DNA from: Candidatus Caldarchaeales archaeon
GTDB taxonomy: Archaea > Thermoproteota > Nitrososphaeria_A > Caldarchaeales > Calditenuaceae
Reading direction: 5' to 3'
NCBI GenBank assembly: GCA_039630085.1
Contig: JBCNVM010000001.1
Coordinates: 30,768 to 94,767, forward strand
Length of the DNA: 64,000 nucleotides
A model generated the notes under the pieces. The model was not told the origin of the DNA. It was given only the letters and a program-made list of their open reading frames with translations, and did no database searches. Below are positions 43,906 through 52,994 of the stretch, one piece after another; position 1 is the stretch's first letter; each line of letters starts with the position of its first letter. The position numbers were made by a program, and so were the translations under genes.

Positions 43906-44922
43906 TCAGCCGGTGCCCCTCTCCTGCATCCTCAGCTCGAGGGTCTTCAGGTCGAGTCCAGCCATCGACTTCGTCTCGGAGACCATCCTCTGCGCCTCCG
44001 TGACCACCTCAGGCCTGTCCCAGTAGGTAGTCGCGAGCACGATGGCCTTCGCCCTCTCGAGCGGATCGCTGGACTTGAAGATCCCCGAGCCGACGAAGAT
44101 CCCGTCGCACCCGAGGCCCATCATCAGCGCCGCGTCCGCAGGGGTCGCTATTCCGCCAGCGGCGAAGTTCACTACGGGCAGCCTTCCCAGCCTCGCGGTC
44201 TCGACGACGACCTCGTAGGAGACCCGCATCTCCCTGGCGGCCCTCACGAGCTCCTGCTCGTCGCCCTCCTCGTAGACCGCCCTGATCCTCCTGATCTCGG
44301 CCTTAACGATTCTCATGTGCCTGACTGCCTCGGCGACGTTCCCGGTCCCCGGCTCGCCCTTGGTCCTGATCATCGAGGCTCCCTCCTCGATCCTCCTGAG
44401 GGCCTCGCCGAGGTCCCTGGCTCCGCAGACGAAGGGCGTCGTGAAGTCCCACTTCCAGATGTGCCTCTCCTCGTCTGCAGGCGTCAGCACCTCGGACTCG
44501 TCGATCATGTCGACCCCGACCTCCTCCAACACCTTCGCCTCCCACGTGTGCCCGATCCTGCACTTCGCCATGACCGGTATCGTGACGTGGTCCATGATCT
44601 CCTCGATGACCTTGACCGAGGCCGTCCTCGCGACCCCTCCGGCCTTCCTGACGTCGTAGGGGAGCTTGTCGAGGACCATCACCGCGACCGCGCCGGCGTC
44701 CTCAGCGATCTGCGCCTGCTCGACGGTCGTCACGTCCATCACGACGCCGTGCTTCAGCATGTGCGCGAACCCCCTCTTGACCAGAGTCGTGCCCCTCCTC
44801 ACTAGGGCGCCGTAACCCTCGGAGGTCCTGACGCCCGGCGCCTCCCTCTCGGAGAGGACGAGCGAGATCATTCCTCCGGCGAATGGTCGACCCCACAATA
44901 AGAGTTTACCCGGAACTCTCAC
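43906..44922 (-). CDS. pdxS: pyridoxal 5'-phosphate synthase subunit PdxS
   Basis: [32 protein letters not shown]...[10 protein letters not shown]...[15 protein letters not shown]..., full-length PdxS. The true start is possibly the ATG at 44871. Confidence 0.93.
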   Translation of the reverse strand: MRVPGKLLLWGRPFAGGMISLVLSEREAPGVRTSEGYGALVRRGTTLVKRGFAHMLKHGVVMDVTTVEQAQIAEDAGAVAVMVLDKLPYDVRKAGGVARTASVKVIEEIMDHVTIPVMAKCRIGHTWEAKVLEEVGVDMIDESEVLTPADEERHIWKWDFTTPFVCGARDLGEALRRIEEGASMIRTKGEPGTGNVAEAVRHMRIVKAEIRRIRAVYEEGDEQELVRAAREMRVSYEVVVETARLGRLPVVNFAAGGIATPADAALMMGLGCDGIFVGSGIFKSSDPLERAKAIVLATTYWDRPEVVTEAQRMVSETKSMAGLDLKTLELRMQERGTG

Positions 44923-44925
44923 CGC

Positions 44926-45486
44926 TCAAGTCAGTCCTATCCTCCTCGCCTTCCCCGAGGAGACGAGCGGTCCGGCCAGCTCTCGAGGCAAGGCCGCAAG
45001 GCTTCCCCTCCTGAAGGGCCCCCTCTTCTTGCCAGAGGCGTCGACGAGCGCGGGGACGTCCTCCAGCACGGCCACCGTCACCGTCTCCCTCCTCGCGAAG
45101 CCCCTCGAGAGGTCTAAGGTCCTAGAGCACTCCCCGACGAACTCGGCGTAGTCCTCGAGGAGCGACCTGAGCTCGGAGTAGAGGCTCTGCTCGAACGGGA
45201 GGGCCTCGCCGGGGTCGGAACCGGTCTGTGCGGCCCTGATCAGGATCTTGAGCCTCTCCCTGAGGAGCTCCGAGGTCATCAGCGTGAGGGCCCCGAGCTC
45301 GGCCTCCTTCAACCTGCAAGCGAGGGACCTCCTGTCGGCGACCGTCCTGATCGACTGCCTCAGCTGGGACGCCCTCGACCTGAGCAGGTCGGTCAGCGAC
45401 CGGGGGACGGTCACCAGCGTCGCGCTCTTCCTCTGCTCCTCGAGCGCCTTCAGGAGCGCCTCGTAAACAGTACCGGCCTCGCCCAT
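44926..45486 (-). CDS. GINS subunit (Gins51/Sld5-Psf1-type) candidate
   Basis: 186 aa; helical A-domain plus a small C-terminal B-domain-like segment (VAVLEDVPALVDASGKKRGPFRRGSLAALPRELAGPLVSSGKA). Assignment by pattern only. Confidence 0.5.
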   Translation of the reverse strand: MGEAGTVYEALLKALEEQRKSATLVTVPRSLTDLLRSRASQLRQSIRTVADRRSLACRLKEAELGALTLMTSELLRERLKILIRAAQTGSDPGEALPFEQSLYSELRSLLEDYAEFVGECSRTLDLSRGFARRETVTVAVLEDVPALVDASGKKRGPFRRGSLAALPRELAGPLVSSGKARRIGLT

Positions 45487-45572
45487 TACCTATCGGCGTC
45501 TGAGGGCCGTGATATTATCCTGAATGCCCACGGGCCGGACGAGGTTATCAACCAGGCGCAGCGCTCGCCGGC

Positions 45573-46136
45573 GTGGCAGCGAAGCTGAGGTTCGTCACCT
45601 CCAACGAGGGTAAGTGGCTCGAGGTCTCGAGGCTCCTGTCGTCGATGGGAATCGAGTGCGAGTGGGTCAGGGCAAAACTGACGGAGGTCCAGTCCGACGA
45701 CCTCTCCGAGATAGCACGGAGGTCCGCGGTCGAGGCCTACGGCGAGTTCGGTGGTCCGGTGGCCGTGGAGGACGCGGGGCTCTTCGTTGAAGCGCTGCGG
45801 GGCTTCCCCGGTCCCTACTCCTCCTACGTCTACAGGACGATCGGGGTCGAGGGGCTCCTGAAGTTGATGTCGGGCGTCGAGGACCGGAGCGCGTACTTCC
45901 TATCAGCGGTGGGCTTCGCCGACTCCGACGGGAACGTCGCGGTCTTCACGGGCCGCGTCGACGGGCGGATCGCTCACGCGCCCCGGGGCTCGAGCGGCTT
46001 CGGCTTCGATCCGGTCTTCGTACCCGAGGGAGAGACGAGGACCTTCGCCGAGATGGCGGCCGACGAGAAGAACCTGTACTCCCACAGGGCCAGGGCCTTC
46101 AGGTCGCTGGCGGAGCACCTACTGCGCCGGCGCTGA
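45573..46136 (+). CDS. rdgB: non-canonical purine NTP pyrophosphatase (RdgB/HAM1)
   Basis: 187 aa; FVTSNEGK...EDAGLFVEAL.GFPG.YS......GFGFDP.F.P.G...TFAEM....KN..SHR. Confidence 0.9.
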   Translation: MAAKLRFVTSNEGKWLEVSRLLSSMGIECEWVRAKLTEVQSDDLSEIARRSAVEAYGEFGGPVAVEDAGLFVEALRGFPGPYSSYVYRTIGVEGLLKLMSGVEDRSAYFLSAVGFADSDGNVAVFTGRVDGRIAHAPRGSSGFGFDPVFVPEGETRTFAEMAADEKNLYSHRARAFRSLAEHLLRRR

Positions 46137-46168
46137 TCGCACGGCCACCGACGTTTAGGGCTCGAACA

Positions 46169-47281
46169 TCAGGGCTCCGAATCCATGACGGAGAACCTCG
46201 TGACGTAGAGGCCGTCATCGCCGGGCATGACGTAGATCCTGTCGCTGTAAATGAGCGTGAGCCCGTTGACGAAGTTGTGGAGCTCCTTCGGCGTCATCAG
46301 GTAGTTGTTCTCGAGGAGCGAGAAGGCCGCGGCCAACTCGAGGGCCCTCAGGCCCACGGGCTCCCTCCCTCCTCCCGAGAGCGACCTGAAGGACCTCGAG
46401 AGCTCCTGGAGCACGACCTGCTTCGTGGGGGCCTTCACGTACTTCACGTAGAGCGGCGCGACCGAGGAGAAGAGCGCATCGGTCCCTGAAGACGGCGGGA
46501 ACTCCATCGCCTTCCTGAAGGCATCGGCGTTGGAGAGGAGGAACGGCGTGGCGGCGTACTTCCCCCTTCCGACCTTCTCGACGAGGCCGAGGTCGACCAG
46601 CCACTCGATCCTCGGGGGCGCGATGTGCCTGTACTTCGCGTAGAGGGTGCTCCTGATCCAGTCGGCCTTCCTCCCGTAGCTTTCTCTGATCTCCCTGAAC
46701 TTCATCGCCTCCTCGAGCTTCTGGAGGTATTCGGCCTTCCTCCTCCTACCTGCACTGGACGCGGCGAGCCTAAGGGCCTCCGGGTAGACCTCCTCCATGA
46801 GGTAGTTCATGCCGTCGTTCCTGCTGAACTCCCTCCTCTCCGTCACGAAGTGTATCAGCCTCTTCAGGACCAGGTGGTCCCTGGAGTAGACCGCGTGGAG
46901 CATGAAGAACCTCTCGAAGGGGCTGAGGGAGATGAGGTCCCTGTGGGCAAGCCTCGCGTCGCCCCTGACCAGCGCGACGAACTTCGCGGATGACCTCAGC
47001 GAGACGAAGAGCTTCCCCATCGGCCCTAGCAGTCCGGACCTCGGACTGACGAACCCCAGCTCCTTCGCGAGCGTCACGTAGTTCCTCGCCGTGACAGGGT
47101 TCCTGATCACGCCGGTGGTTTTTGCCTCGGTGGGGCTGGAGAAGGGAGCGTTGGCGGAGATGTTGTTGAGGACAGCGGCGACGTACTCCAGCGAGGCGCT
47201 CCCCTCGAGCGTTGCCGCTACGGCCGCGATGACCCTGAGGTAGCCGAGCCTGCAGACCTCGCCGTGGGTCTCAACGAGCAA
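46169..47281 (-). CDS. hypothetical protein (370 aa) translationally coupled to the upstream DNA methyltransferase
   Basis: The TTG start at 47281 overlaps the methyltransferase stop by 11 nt. Internal wHTH-like wing EWLVDLGLVEKVGRGKYAATP. No nuclease motif recognised. Confidence 0.6.
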   Translation of the reverse strand: MLVETHGEVCRLGYLRVIAAVAATLEGSASLEYVAAVLNNISANAPFSSPTEAKTTGVIRNPVTARNYVTLAKELGFVSPRSGLLGPMGKLFVSLRSSAKFVALVRGDARLAHRDLISLSPFERFFMLHAVYSRDHLVLKRLIHFVTERREFSRNDGMNYLMEEVYPEALRLAASSAGRRRKAEYLQKLEEAMKFREIRESYGRKADWIRSTLYAKYRHIAPPRIEWLVDLGLVEKVGRGKYAATPFLLSNADAFRKAMEFPPSSGTDALFSSVAPLYVKYVKAPTKQVVLQELSRSFRSLSGGGREPVGLRALELAAAFSLLENNYLMTPKELHNFVNGLTLIYSDRIYVMPGDDGLYVTRFSVMDSEP

Positions 47282-48455
47282 CGGCGATCAGCCCGCCGCG
47301 ACCCGCTGCTAGGGGGCGCTCCGCTGCGGCCTCGGGCTTCCTAAGCTCCAGGACCACCTCCCTCCTCACGCCCTGGTCGGCGCCGAGGTACATCAGGTAC
47401 TTCTTCTCCTTGGGGATCTCGTCCGTGATCACCCTCACCGGCTCGAACCCCGTACCCTCAACGACGTCCAGCAAGAGCTCGGCCATGTTGACCGTCTCGC
47501 CCCTCAGCCTCACGACGCCCAACACCAAGAAGCAGGACCCGCCCGGCCTCAGGACCCTGTTGAACTCCCTCAAGAACTCCTCGGCGAAGGAGAGGAACCT
47601 GCTCACCGAGTCCGTGTGGAAGAGCCTCTTGGCCACTTCCCTGTAGTCGTGGCCGAGGAACCAGAGCCTCAGCCAGTTGTCCCATGCGTACGTCTGCATG
47701 TTGAAGTAGGGCGGGGAGGTGACGATCAGGTCGACGGACTCGGGAGGAAGGGGCAGGGAACGGGCGTCGCCGTCGAACGCGATCCCCTTGACCGGGGGCA
47801 GCCCGTCAGCGAGGACCCTCTCGGCGCGCCTCAGAATGCAGTCGGCCACGTTCCTCTCGGGCCTTTTTAGCCCCGAAACCCTGACGGCCTTCTCGACGTA
47901 CCTGGGCGACATAGAGAAGGAGTGGGAGCACTTGACCGAGAGCGAGTCCGAGGAGGATCCGTGAAGTATTCCCAGCATCACCGCCGTCACGAAGTAGTCG
48001 ACGTCCGTCTCGGGCTCGGAGAGCAGCTCCCTCGCGGCCAGTACCTGCCTAAGCGTGCTCCTGCTGTAGAAGACCTGGACTTCCTCCGGAGCGTCGGTGC
48101 CCCGGTAGGACTCGATGAAGCTCCTGTTCCTCCAAACCCAATCGACGACCTCCTCAAACCTCACGGGCCTGATCTTCGCCCTCGTGAGCACGTAGGCCTC
48201 CGGCGCGAGGTCGTTGCCCAGACCGATCCGTCCCGCGAGGCAGGCCTCGAGCGGCGCGGTGCCCTTCCCGGAGAACGGGTCGAGAACCACCGCACCCGGC
48301 CTCGAGAACCTCTCGACGAAGAACCTCGCGAGTGCTGGCGGGAATGAGCCTGTCCTTGAGCAGAGCGAGTGCAGCGAGTGGCCGTCTGACCTCCTCGCGC
48401 CCTTCCAAGTCCCCTCAAGCTCCCAAGCGGAGACGCACTCGACCTGCCGGAGCAT
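47271..48455 (-). CDS. N4-cytosine/N6-adenine DNA methyltransferase (N-4/N-6 methylase family) with motif I preceding motif IV
   Basis: 394 aa; GSFPPALARFFVERFSRPGAVVLDPFSGKGT (HPxxKP-like plus FxGxG) near residue 40-66; DLIVTSPPYF (motif IV) near residue 235; RVLRPGGSCFLVLG after it. Confidence 0.8.
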   Translation of the reverse strand: MLRQVECVSAWELEGTWKGARRSDGHSLHSLCSRTGSFPPALARFFVERFSRPGAVVLDPFSGKGTAPLEACLAGRIGLGNDLAPEAYVLTRAKIRPVRFEEVVDWVWRNRSFIESYRGTDAPEEVQVFYSRSTLRQVLAARELLSEPETDVDYFVTAVMLGILHGSSSDSLSVKCSHSFSMSPRYVEKAVRVSGLKRPERNVADCILRRAERVLADGLPPVKGIAFDGDARSLPLPPESVDLIVTSPPYFNMQTYAWDNWLRLWFLGHDYREVAKRLFHTDSVSRFLSFAEEFLREFNRVLRPGGSCFLVLGVVRLRGETVNMAELLLDVVEGTGFEPVRVITDEIPKEKKYLMYLGADQGVRREVVLELRKPEAAAERPLAAGRGGLIAVAR

Positions 48456-48518
48456 CGTCGACGTGCCTTGGCCAGAGACCTCCTATAACGCTGATGTGTA
48501 ATCGTTCGCGACAACATA

Positions 48519-48572
48519 TTTTGAGAATCCGTGAGGAATCGACGAAGAACTTCCCCGTTATGTTTGAGAATC
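48519..48572. repeat. two copies of TTTGAGAATC (10/10) about 43 bp apart, upstream of the methyltransferase gene
   Basis: Read directly: 48520-48529 and 48563-48572. They lie 65-117 nt upstream of the start at 48455. Confidence 0.55.
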
Positions 48573-48604
48573 GTCCTACCGCTCTCCCATGTATTACTAT
48601 GAGA

Positions 48605-51169
48605 TCACCGGCGAGGAACTCTGCGCTTACGCAGAGATATCGCGATACCCGCTGCGACGGCTGCGAGGGACGCCCAGAGGGCCGCTTGGATCGCGACCTC
48701 GAGGGGTATCGGTGAGCCGAGGAACGCGATGAACGGGACGCTTATCGAAGCCTCTCCCTGGGCGGTCATCGTGAACCTTCGGCCGTCGACTATCACCACG
48801 ACCTCGAAGGGGGCATGGAGGGCTGGGAGGCCCGGGAAGCGCGCGGTGCCCGTCAGGTCGGTAGTCGCGGTCCCGTACGTCAGGCCGGACTTGAGGACGT
48901 AGACCCTCGCGCCGGGGAGGGGCGACCCGAGCTGGTCCGAGACCCTCACCGTCAGCGAGGTCTGGGGGACGCTGATCGATATCGGCGCTCCGGCGTGGGA
49001 GATCCTGCCCTTCGCGACCTCGAGGCCGCGGGCGTCGACGACGCTGTAACCGTACTCGCCGAACGGCAGCGTCGATGTCCTCGAAGGCACTCCGGCCCTC
49101 AGGGGCATCGCTAGTCTCGAGCCCGCGAACTCTAGGATCAACGCCCCGTCCAACCTCGAGCCGTCCTCCCAGACCACGATCACGGAGATGTCTCCGACCG
49201 GCAGGGCGAGGTCCGCGGCCGGCCAGACCTCCGAAGCCCGGAGGCTCCGCGAGAGGAGGTGAAAGGTAGCGTTCATGGCCCTGAACGACACGTCGAGCCT
49301 CAGCTCCACGTCCGGCACGCCGACCAGCCTCACCGATGTCCCGTTTCCGGAGCTGACGGCGTCGAGGTAGGTCACGCGCCAGGAGACGTTCAAGGGCCTG
49401 GACGAGGCGTCGAGGAACCTGAGCTCGACGTCGTAGACCCTGGTCCTGAGCTGAACGACCACATCGGACGTCAGACTGATCACGGACTCGTGGACCACGA
49501 CCCCCTTGTAAACGACAGAGACGGCGTGGCTTCCTCCGGGGAAGAGGTCGAAGGAGATCTCCCCCGTCCTCAGGGTGATCTCCCTGCCGAGGGCCCTCAG
49601 CGCGGCGTCCCTCAGCGGCCTGCCGTCCTGGGTGACCAAGCCGATCGAGAGCCTGTAGAGCGGGAACGAGAAGGTCACGCTGCGTCCCGGCACGGCCTCC
49701 GCCTCCCTCACGTGGACCGTCCCCAGCGAGTCGTTGACGCTCGCCCGCACCTTGTAAGCCACGACCGGCAGCTGGAGGAGCTCAGCTCGGCCGTCCCTCG
49801 AGGCGACGGCGGTGAACGTCCTGCCCCGAGGGTCAGTGAGGCTCACGGTCGCCGCCAGCGGCCTCCCCATGCCGTCGGTCACGGTCACAGAGATGTCGTC
49901 GAGCGCTGAGGTCAAGGTCACTGAGGGCGGCAGCCTGCCGTAGGTCGGGTGGTAGCCGACGTACCTGGTGACCCTTCCGACCTCGAAGCCCATCACCTCC
50001 AGCGATGCCGTGTAGTTCCCCGTCGGGACCAGGCGGAACTCCGCGGTGCCGTTGAAGACCCTCGCCTCCGATGGAACGGTGATCGCCGCGAACACAATCT
50101 CGATGGGCGTCAGCCTCGCGACTCCCTCCTTGACCGGCCTGCCCTTCGCGTCGACGGCGCTCAGCCTGAGCGTGTAGAGCTCGGTCCTGATGGACCCTGA
50201 CCTCGCGAGTTCGAGGGCCGTTGCGTCGAAGACCGAAACCGGTATTGGGTCTGGTGCGTAGGGCGTCTTGAAGAGGACTGTGACGCTGTAGACGAACCTT
50301 TCTGGCAGCCTAGTGAACGCGACGTATCCTTCTCCGTCCGAGGAGAGCCTCAGCGAGTATTGAGCGTAGACGTGGGCCTGCAGCCTGACCTCGGCCCCCG
50401 CGAGCGGCATCCTCCCCTCGTTGTCGAGGAGCCTCAGCCTGAAGGTCCTGAACGGCGCCACCTCGAGGTCCCCGACGACCCGGACCTCGGGCAGACCGAA
50501 AGGCCTCCCGAACGTGTAAGTGGTTCCCCCGACCGTGGCGTCCACCTCCACGTTCGGCCTGCTGTTACCGAGGAGCTCTGTGGGGAGGTCCGCAGGGACT
50601 CGGAACTCGAACCTCAGGTCGAGCCTGAAGGCGGAGGTCGAGCCGGTCGCGATGTAGCCCGGGACGTCGAAGGACAGGAGCGACCTCTCCACGGCCCTCT
50701 CCGCGTAGAGTGCCCTTCCGAGGCCGGGCCACGGGAACCAGACCCTAACGGCCTTCACGTGGACAGACCTCCCGACGCAGACTCCTCTGACGACCAGCGT
50801 GTAGTCCGAGACGGGAATCGCGCCGACCATCCTGGTCGCGTTGACCGAGAAGGTGTAGTTGAGGACGAGGTTCTGCTGCTTCAGGTAGTCCAGCCGGCCC
50901 TTGAGCTCCTCGAGTTGGGCGTCGGTCAGGTTCCTGAGGAAGGCGTGGGTCGCGTACGTGAACTTCACCGAGGGCGTCCTCGATGCGCAGTCGAGGTTGA
51001 ACAGGGACGCTTCGATGGTGCCGGACTCGCCGGGGTAAAGCGGCCCTCCAGAGACCTGGACCAGGAAGTCCCAATTAGGCTGGGAGTGAGCTGGCTCCGG
51101 CGCCACCGAGACCAGTACGAGGACGAGGGTCAAGAGGGACGTCGCCAGCGACAGCGCCCTCAGATGCAT
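48605..51169 (-). CDS. large secreted/anchored surface protein with many carboxypeptidase-regulatory-like repeats
   Basis: Trimmed to the ATG at 51169 (MHLRALSLATSLLTLVLVLVSVAP = signal peptide). Recurring ..D..GRPL.ga.V.l units, numerous NxS/T sequons, C-terminal TM plus RKRRVPRR. The upstream 113 codons of the track ORF overlap the OCD gene. Confidence 0.75.
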   Translation of the reverse strand: MHLRALSLATSLLTLVLVLVSVAPEPAHSQPNWDFLVQVSGGPLYPGESGTIEASLFNLDCASRTPSVKFTYATHAFLRNLTDAQLEELKGRLDYLKQQNLVLNYTFSVNATRMVGAIPVSDYTLVVRGVCVGRSVHVKAVRVWFPWPGLGRALYAERAVERSLLSFDVPGYIATGSTSAFRLDLRFEFRVPADLPTELLGNSRPNVEVDATVGGTTYTFGRPFGLPEVRVVGDLEVAPFRTFRLRLLDNEGRMPLAGAEVRLQAHVYAQYSLRLSSDGEGYVAFTRLPERFVYSVTVLFKTPYAPDPIPVSVFDATALELARSGSIRTELYTLRLSAVDAKGRPVKEGVARLTPIEIVFAAITVPSEARVFNGTAEFRLVPTGNYTASLEVMGFEVGRVTRYVGYHPTYGRLPPSVTLTSALDDISVTVTDGMGRPLAATVSLTDPRGRTFTAVASRDGRAELLQLPVVAYKVRASVNDSLGTVHVREAEAVPGRSVTFSFPLYRLSIGLVTQDGRPLRDAALRALGREITLRTGEISFDLFPGGSHAVSVVYKGVVVHESVISLTSDVVVQLRTRVYDVELRFLDASSRPLNVSWRVTYLDAVSSGNGTSVRLVGVPDVELRLDVSFRAMNATFHLLSRSLRASEVWPAADLALPVGDISVIVVWEDGSRLDGALILEFAGSRLAMPLRAGVPSRTSTLPFGEYGYSVVDARGLEVAKGRISHAGAPISISVPQTSLTVRVSDQLGSPLPGARVYVLKSGLTYGTATTDLTGTARFPGLPALHAPFEVVVIVDGRRFTMTAQGEASISVPFIAFLGSPIPLEVAIQAALWASLAAVAAGIAISLRKRRVPRR

Positions 51170-51183
51170 CCTACCCGACCGAC

Positions 51184-52140
51184 TCAACCCCCGCTCATCC
51201 TCTTGAGCAACAGGGCCGCGACCGCGGCATCCTGGACCGCGAGGCCCACGCTCTTGAAGACGGTGACCTCGTCTTCGTTCTCCCTCCCGGGCCTGATCCC
51301 AGCGACGACCTCCCCGAGCTCGGCGTGGACGTCCTCCCACCTCATCAGACCCTTTTGAACCGCCTGGATGACGTCCCCGGCCTCGGCCTTCGCGGCCTCC
51401 CTCGAGTCGACCACGACCTTTGAGGATGCGACCAGCTCGGCCTCGAGCTCGGCCATCTGCGGCGTGAAGGCCCCGATCGCGGAGATGTGGGTCCCGGGCT
51501 TGACCCACTCCGCCTTGAGGAAAGGCTCCGAAGAAGTGGTGGCGGTGATGATGACGTCGCTCCCGGCCGCGAGGCGCCTGACCCCGTCCGCGACCTCCAC
51601 GTCGAGCCCGTACCTCCCCGAGGCCTCCTCCCCGAGCTCGACCGCCCTAGACCTGACGACGTCGTGGAGGAACAGCTTCTCGACCCTCATCACCTCGAGC
51701 GCCGCCCTTAGCTGCCACCTCGCCTGGTATCCGCACCCGACGATGCCGAGCGCCCCCTCCCTCGTCCTCGAGAGGTGCTTGATCGAGACGGCCGTCGCCG
51801 CGCCGGTCCTCATCCCCGTCGCAGCCCTCGCGTCCGCTAAGACCTTCGGCTCGCCGGTCGTGGGGTCGGAGATGAGGAGGGAGGCGAAGATGGTCGGGAG
51901 GCCCCTCGAGGGGTTCGCGGGGTAGACGGTGACGTACTTCACCGAGAAGACGCCCATCTCGGGGAGGTAACAGGGCATGAGGAGGATGGTGCCTCCATGC
52001 TCCCTGACCGGCACGTGGACCCTCTGGGGCATCAGGGCCCTCCCGGTGCTGTAGAGCGCGAAAGCCCGCTCGACGGCCTCGATCACTTCCCTCATGCTCA
52101 GGGCCCGCTCGACTTCCTCGTCGCCCAGTAACCTGACCAA
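51184..52140 (-). CDS. ornithine cyclodeaminase/mu-crystallin family protein (possibly archaeal alanine dehydrogenase)
   Basis: 318 aa; NAD-binding GIVGCGYQA and overall OCD_Mu_crystallin pattern. Confidence 0.85.
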   Translation of the reverse strand: MVRLLGDEEVERALSMREVIEAVERAFALYSTGRALMPQRVHVPVREHGGTILLMPCYLPEMGVFSVKYVTVYPANPSRGLPTIFASLLISDPTTGEPKVLADARAATGMRTGAATAVSIKHLSRTREGALGIVGCGYQARWQLRAALEVMRVEKLFLHDVVRSRAVELGEEASGRYGLDVEVADGVRRLAAGSDVIITATTSSEPFLKAEWVKPGTHISAIGAFTPQMAELEAELVASSKVVVDSREAAKAEAGDVIQAVQKGLMRWEDVHAELGEVVAGIRPGRENEDEVTVFKSVGLAVQDAAVAALLLKRMSGG

Positions 52141-52196
52141 GCCGCGGGTGATCGTTCGGCTCGAGATTTATCAGTGTTCCGAGGGCCTCACGGGCG

Positions 52197-52988
52197 ATGA
52201 GGGTGATCGGCTTCCTCTCCGATTACGGGCTGAGGGACCCATACGTGGGGGAGGTGAAGGCGGTCGTCCTCAGGCACTGCCCCGACGCGACGGTCGTCGA
52301 CGTCACGCACGAAGTCGAGCCGTTCAACGTACTGCAGGGCGCCTTCCTGCTCCACCTCGCCTACAGGCACTTCCCCATGGGCTCGGTGTTCCTAGCGGTC
52401 GTCGACCCCGGAGTGGGCACGGAGCGGAGGGGAGTGGCCATCAGGACTAGGAACCACTGGTTCGTCGGGCCCGACAACGGCCTCCTCTACCCGGCCGCGT
52501 CGGAGGACGGGATCGAGGCATGTTACGCGATACCGCCCGAGAGATACCCAAGGTCCGGGGGCGAGACCTTCCACGGGAGGGACGTCTTCGCGCCGGTCGC
52601 GGGCTCGCTGGCTGCCGGGAGGCTCCCCGACCTCGTTCCCGTCGAACCGATGACCCTCGCGGCGCTGGAGCTGCCTCACCCCACTGTCACGGACGACGAG
52701 CTGAGGGCCGTCGTCCTCCACGTGGACCGGTTCGGGAACTGCGTGACCAACGTAGGGCTGGGCTCGCTGCCCGGCTGGATGGAGCTGGGCTCGAGGTACC
52801 TCGTCGAGGCTAAGGGCAGGACCGTAGATGCGGCCTTCGTCAGGGCCTACGGTTTCGCAGGGCCCGGCGAGTTCCTTCTGACCTTCGGGGGCACAGGATA
52901 TCTGGAGCTCTCGGTGAACAGGGGTAACGCCGCCGCTGAACTAGGGATCGGGCCCGGAAGCGAGATCATGGTGCTCAGAAGGGGGTGA
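52197..52988 (+). CDS. SAM hydroxide adenosyltransferase / SAM hydrolase (DUF62, chlorinase-fluorinase family)
   Basis: 263 aa; FLSDYGLRDPYVGEVKAV......VVDVTHEV..FNV..GAF.L......P.GSVFLAVVDPGVGTERR. Confidence 0.88.
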   Translation: MRVIGFLSDYGLRDPYVGEVKAVVLRHCPDATVVDVTHEVEPFNVLQGAFLLHLAYRHFPMGSVFLAVVDPGVGTERRGVAIRTRNHWFVGPDNGLLYPAASEDGIEACYAIPPERYPRSGGETFHGRDVFAPVAGSLAAGRLPDLVPVEPMTLAALELPHPTVTDDELRAVVLHVDRFGNCVTNVGLGSLPGWMELGSRYLVEAKGRTVDAAFVRAYGFAGPGEFLLTFGGTGYLELSVNRGNAAAELGIGPGSEIMVLRRG

Positions 52989-52994
52989 GTCGGC

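Noticed and set aside
51170-51508. 113-codon N-terminal extension of the surface-protein ORF.
   Set aside because: The extension is Gly/Arg-rich and overlaps the ornithine cyclodeaminase gene in another frame. A clean signal peptide begins at the ATG at 51169.
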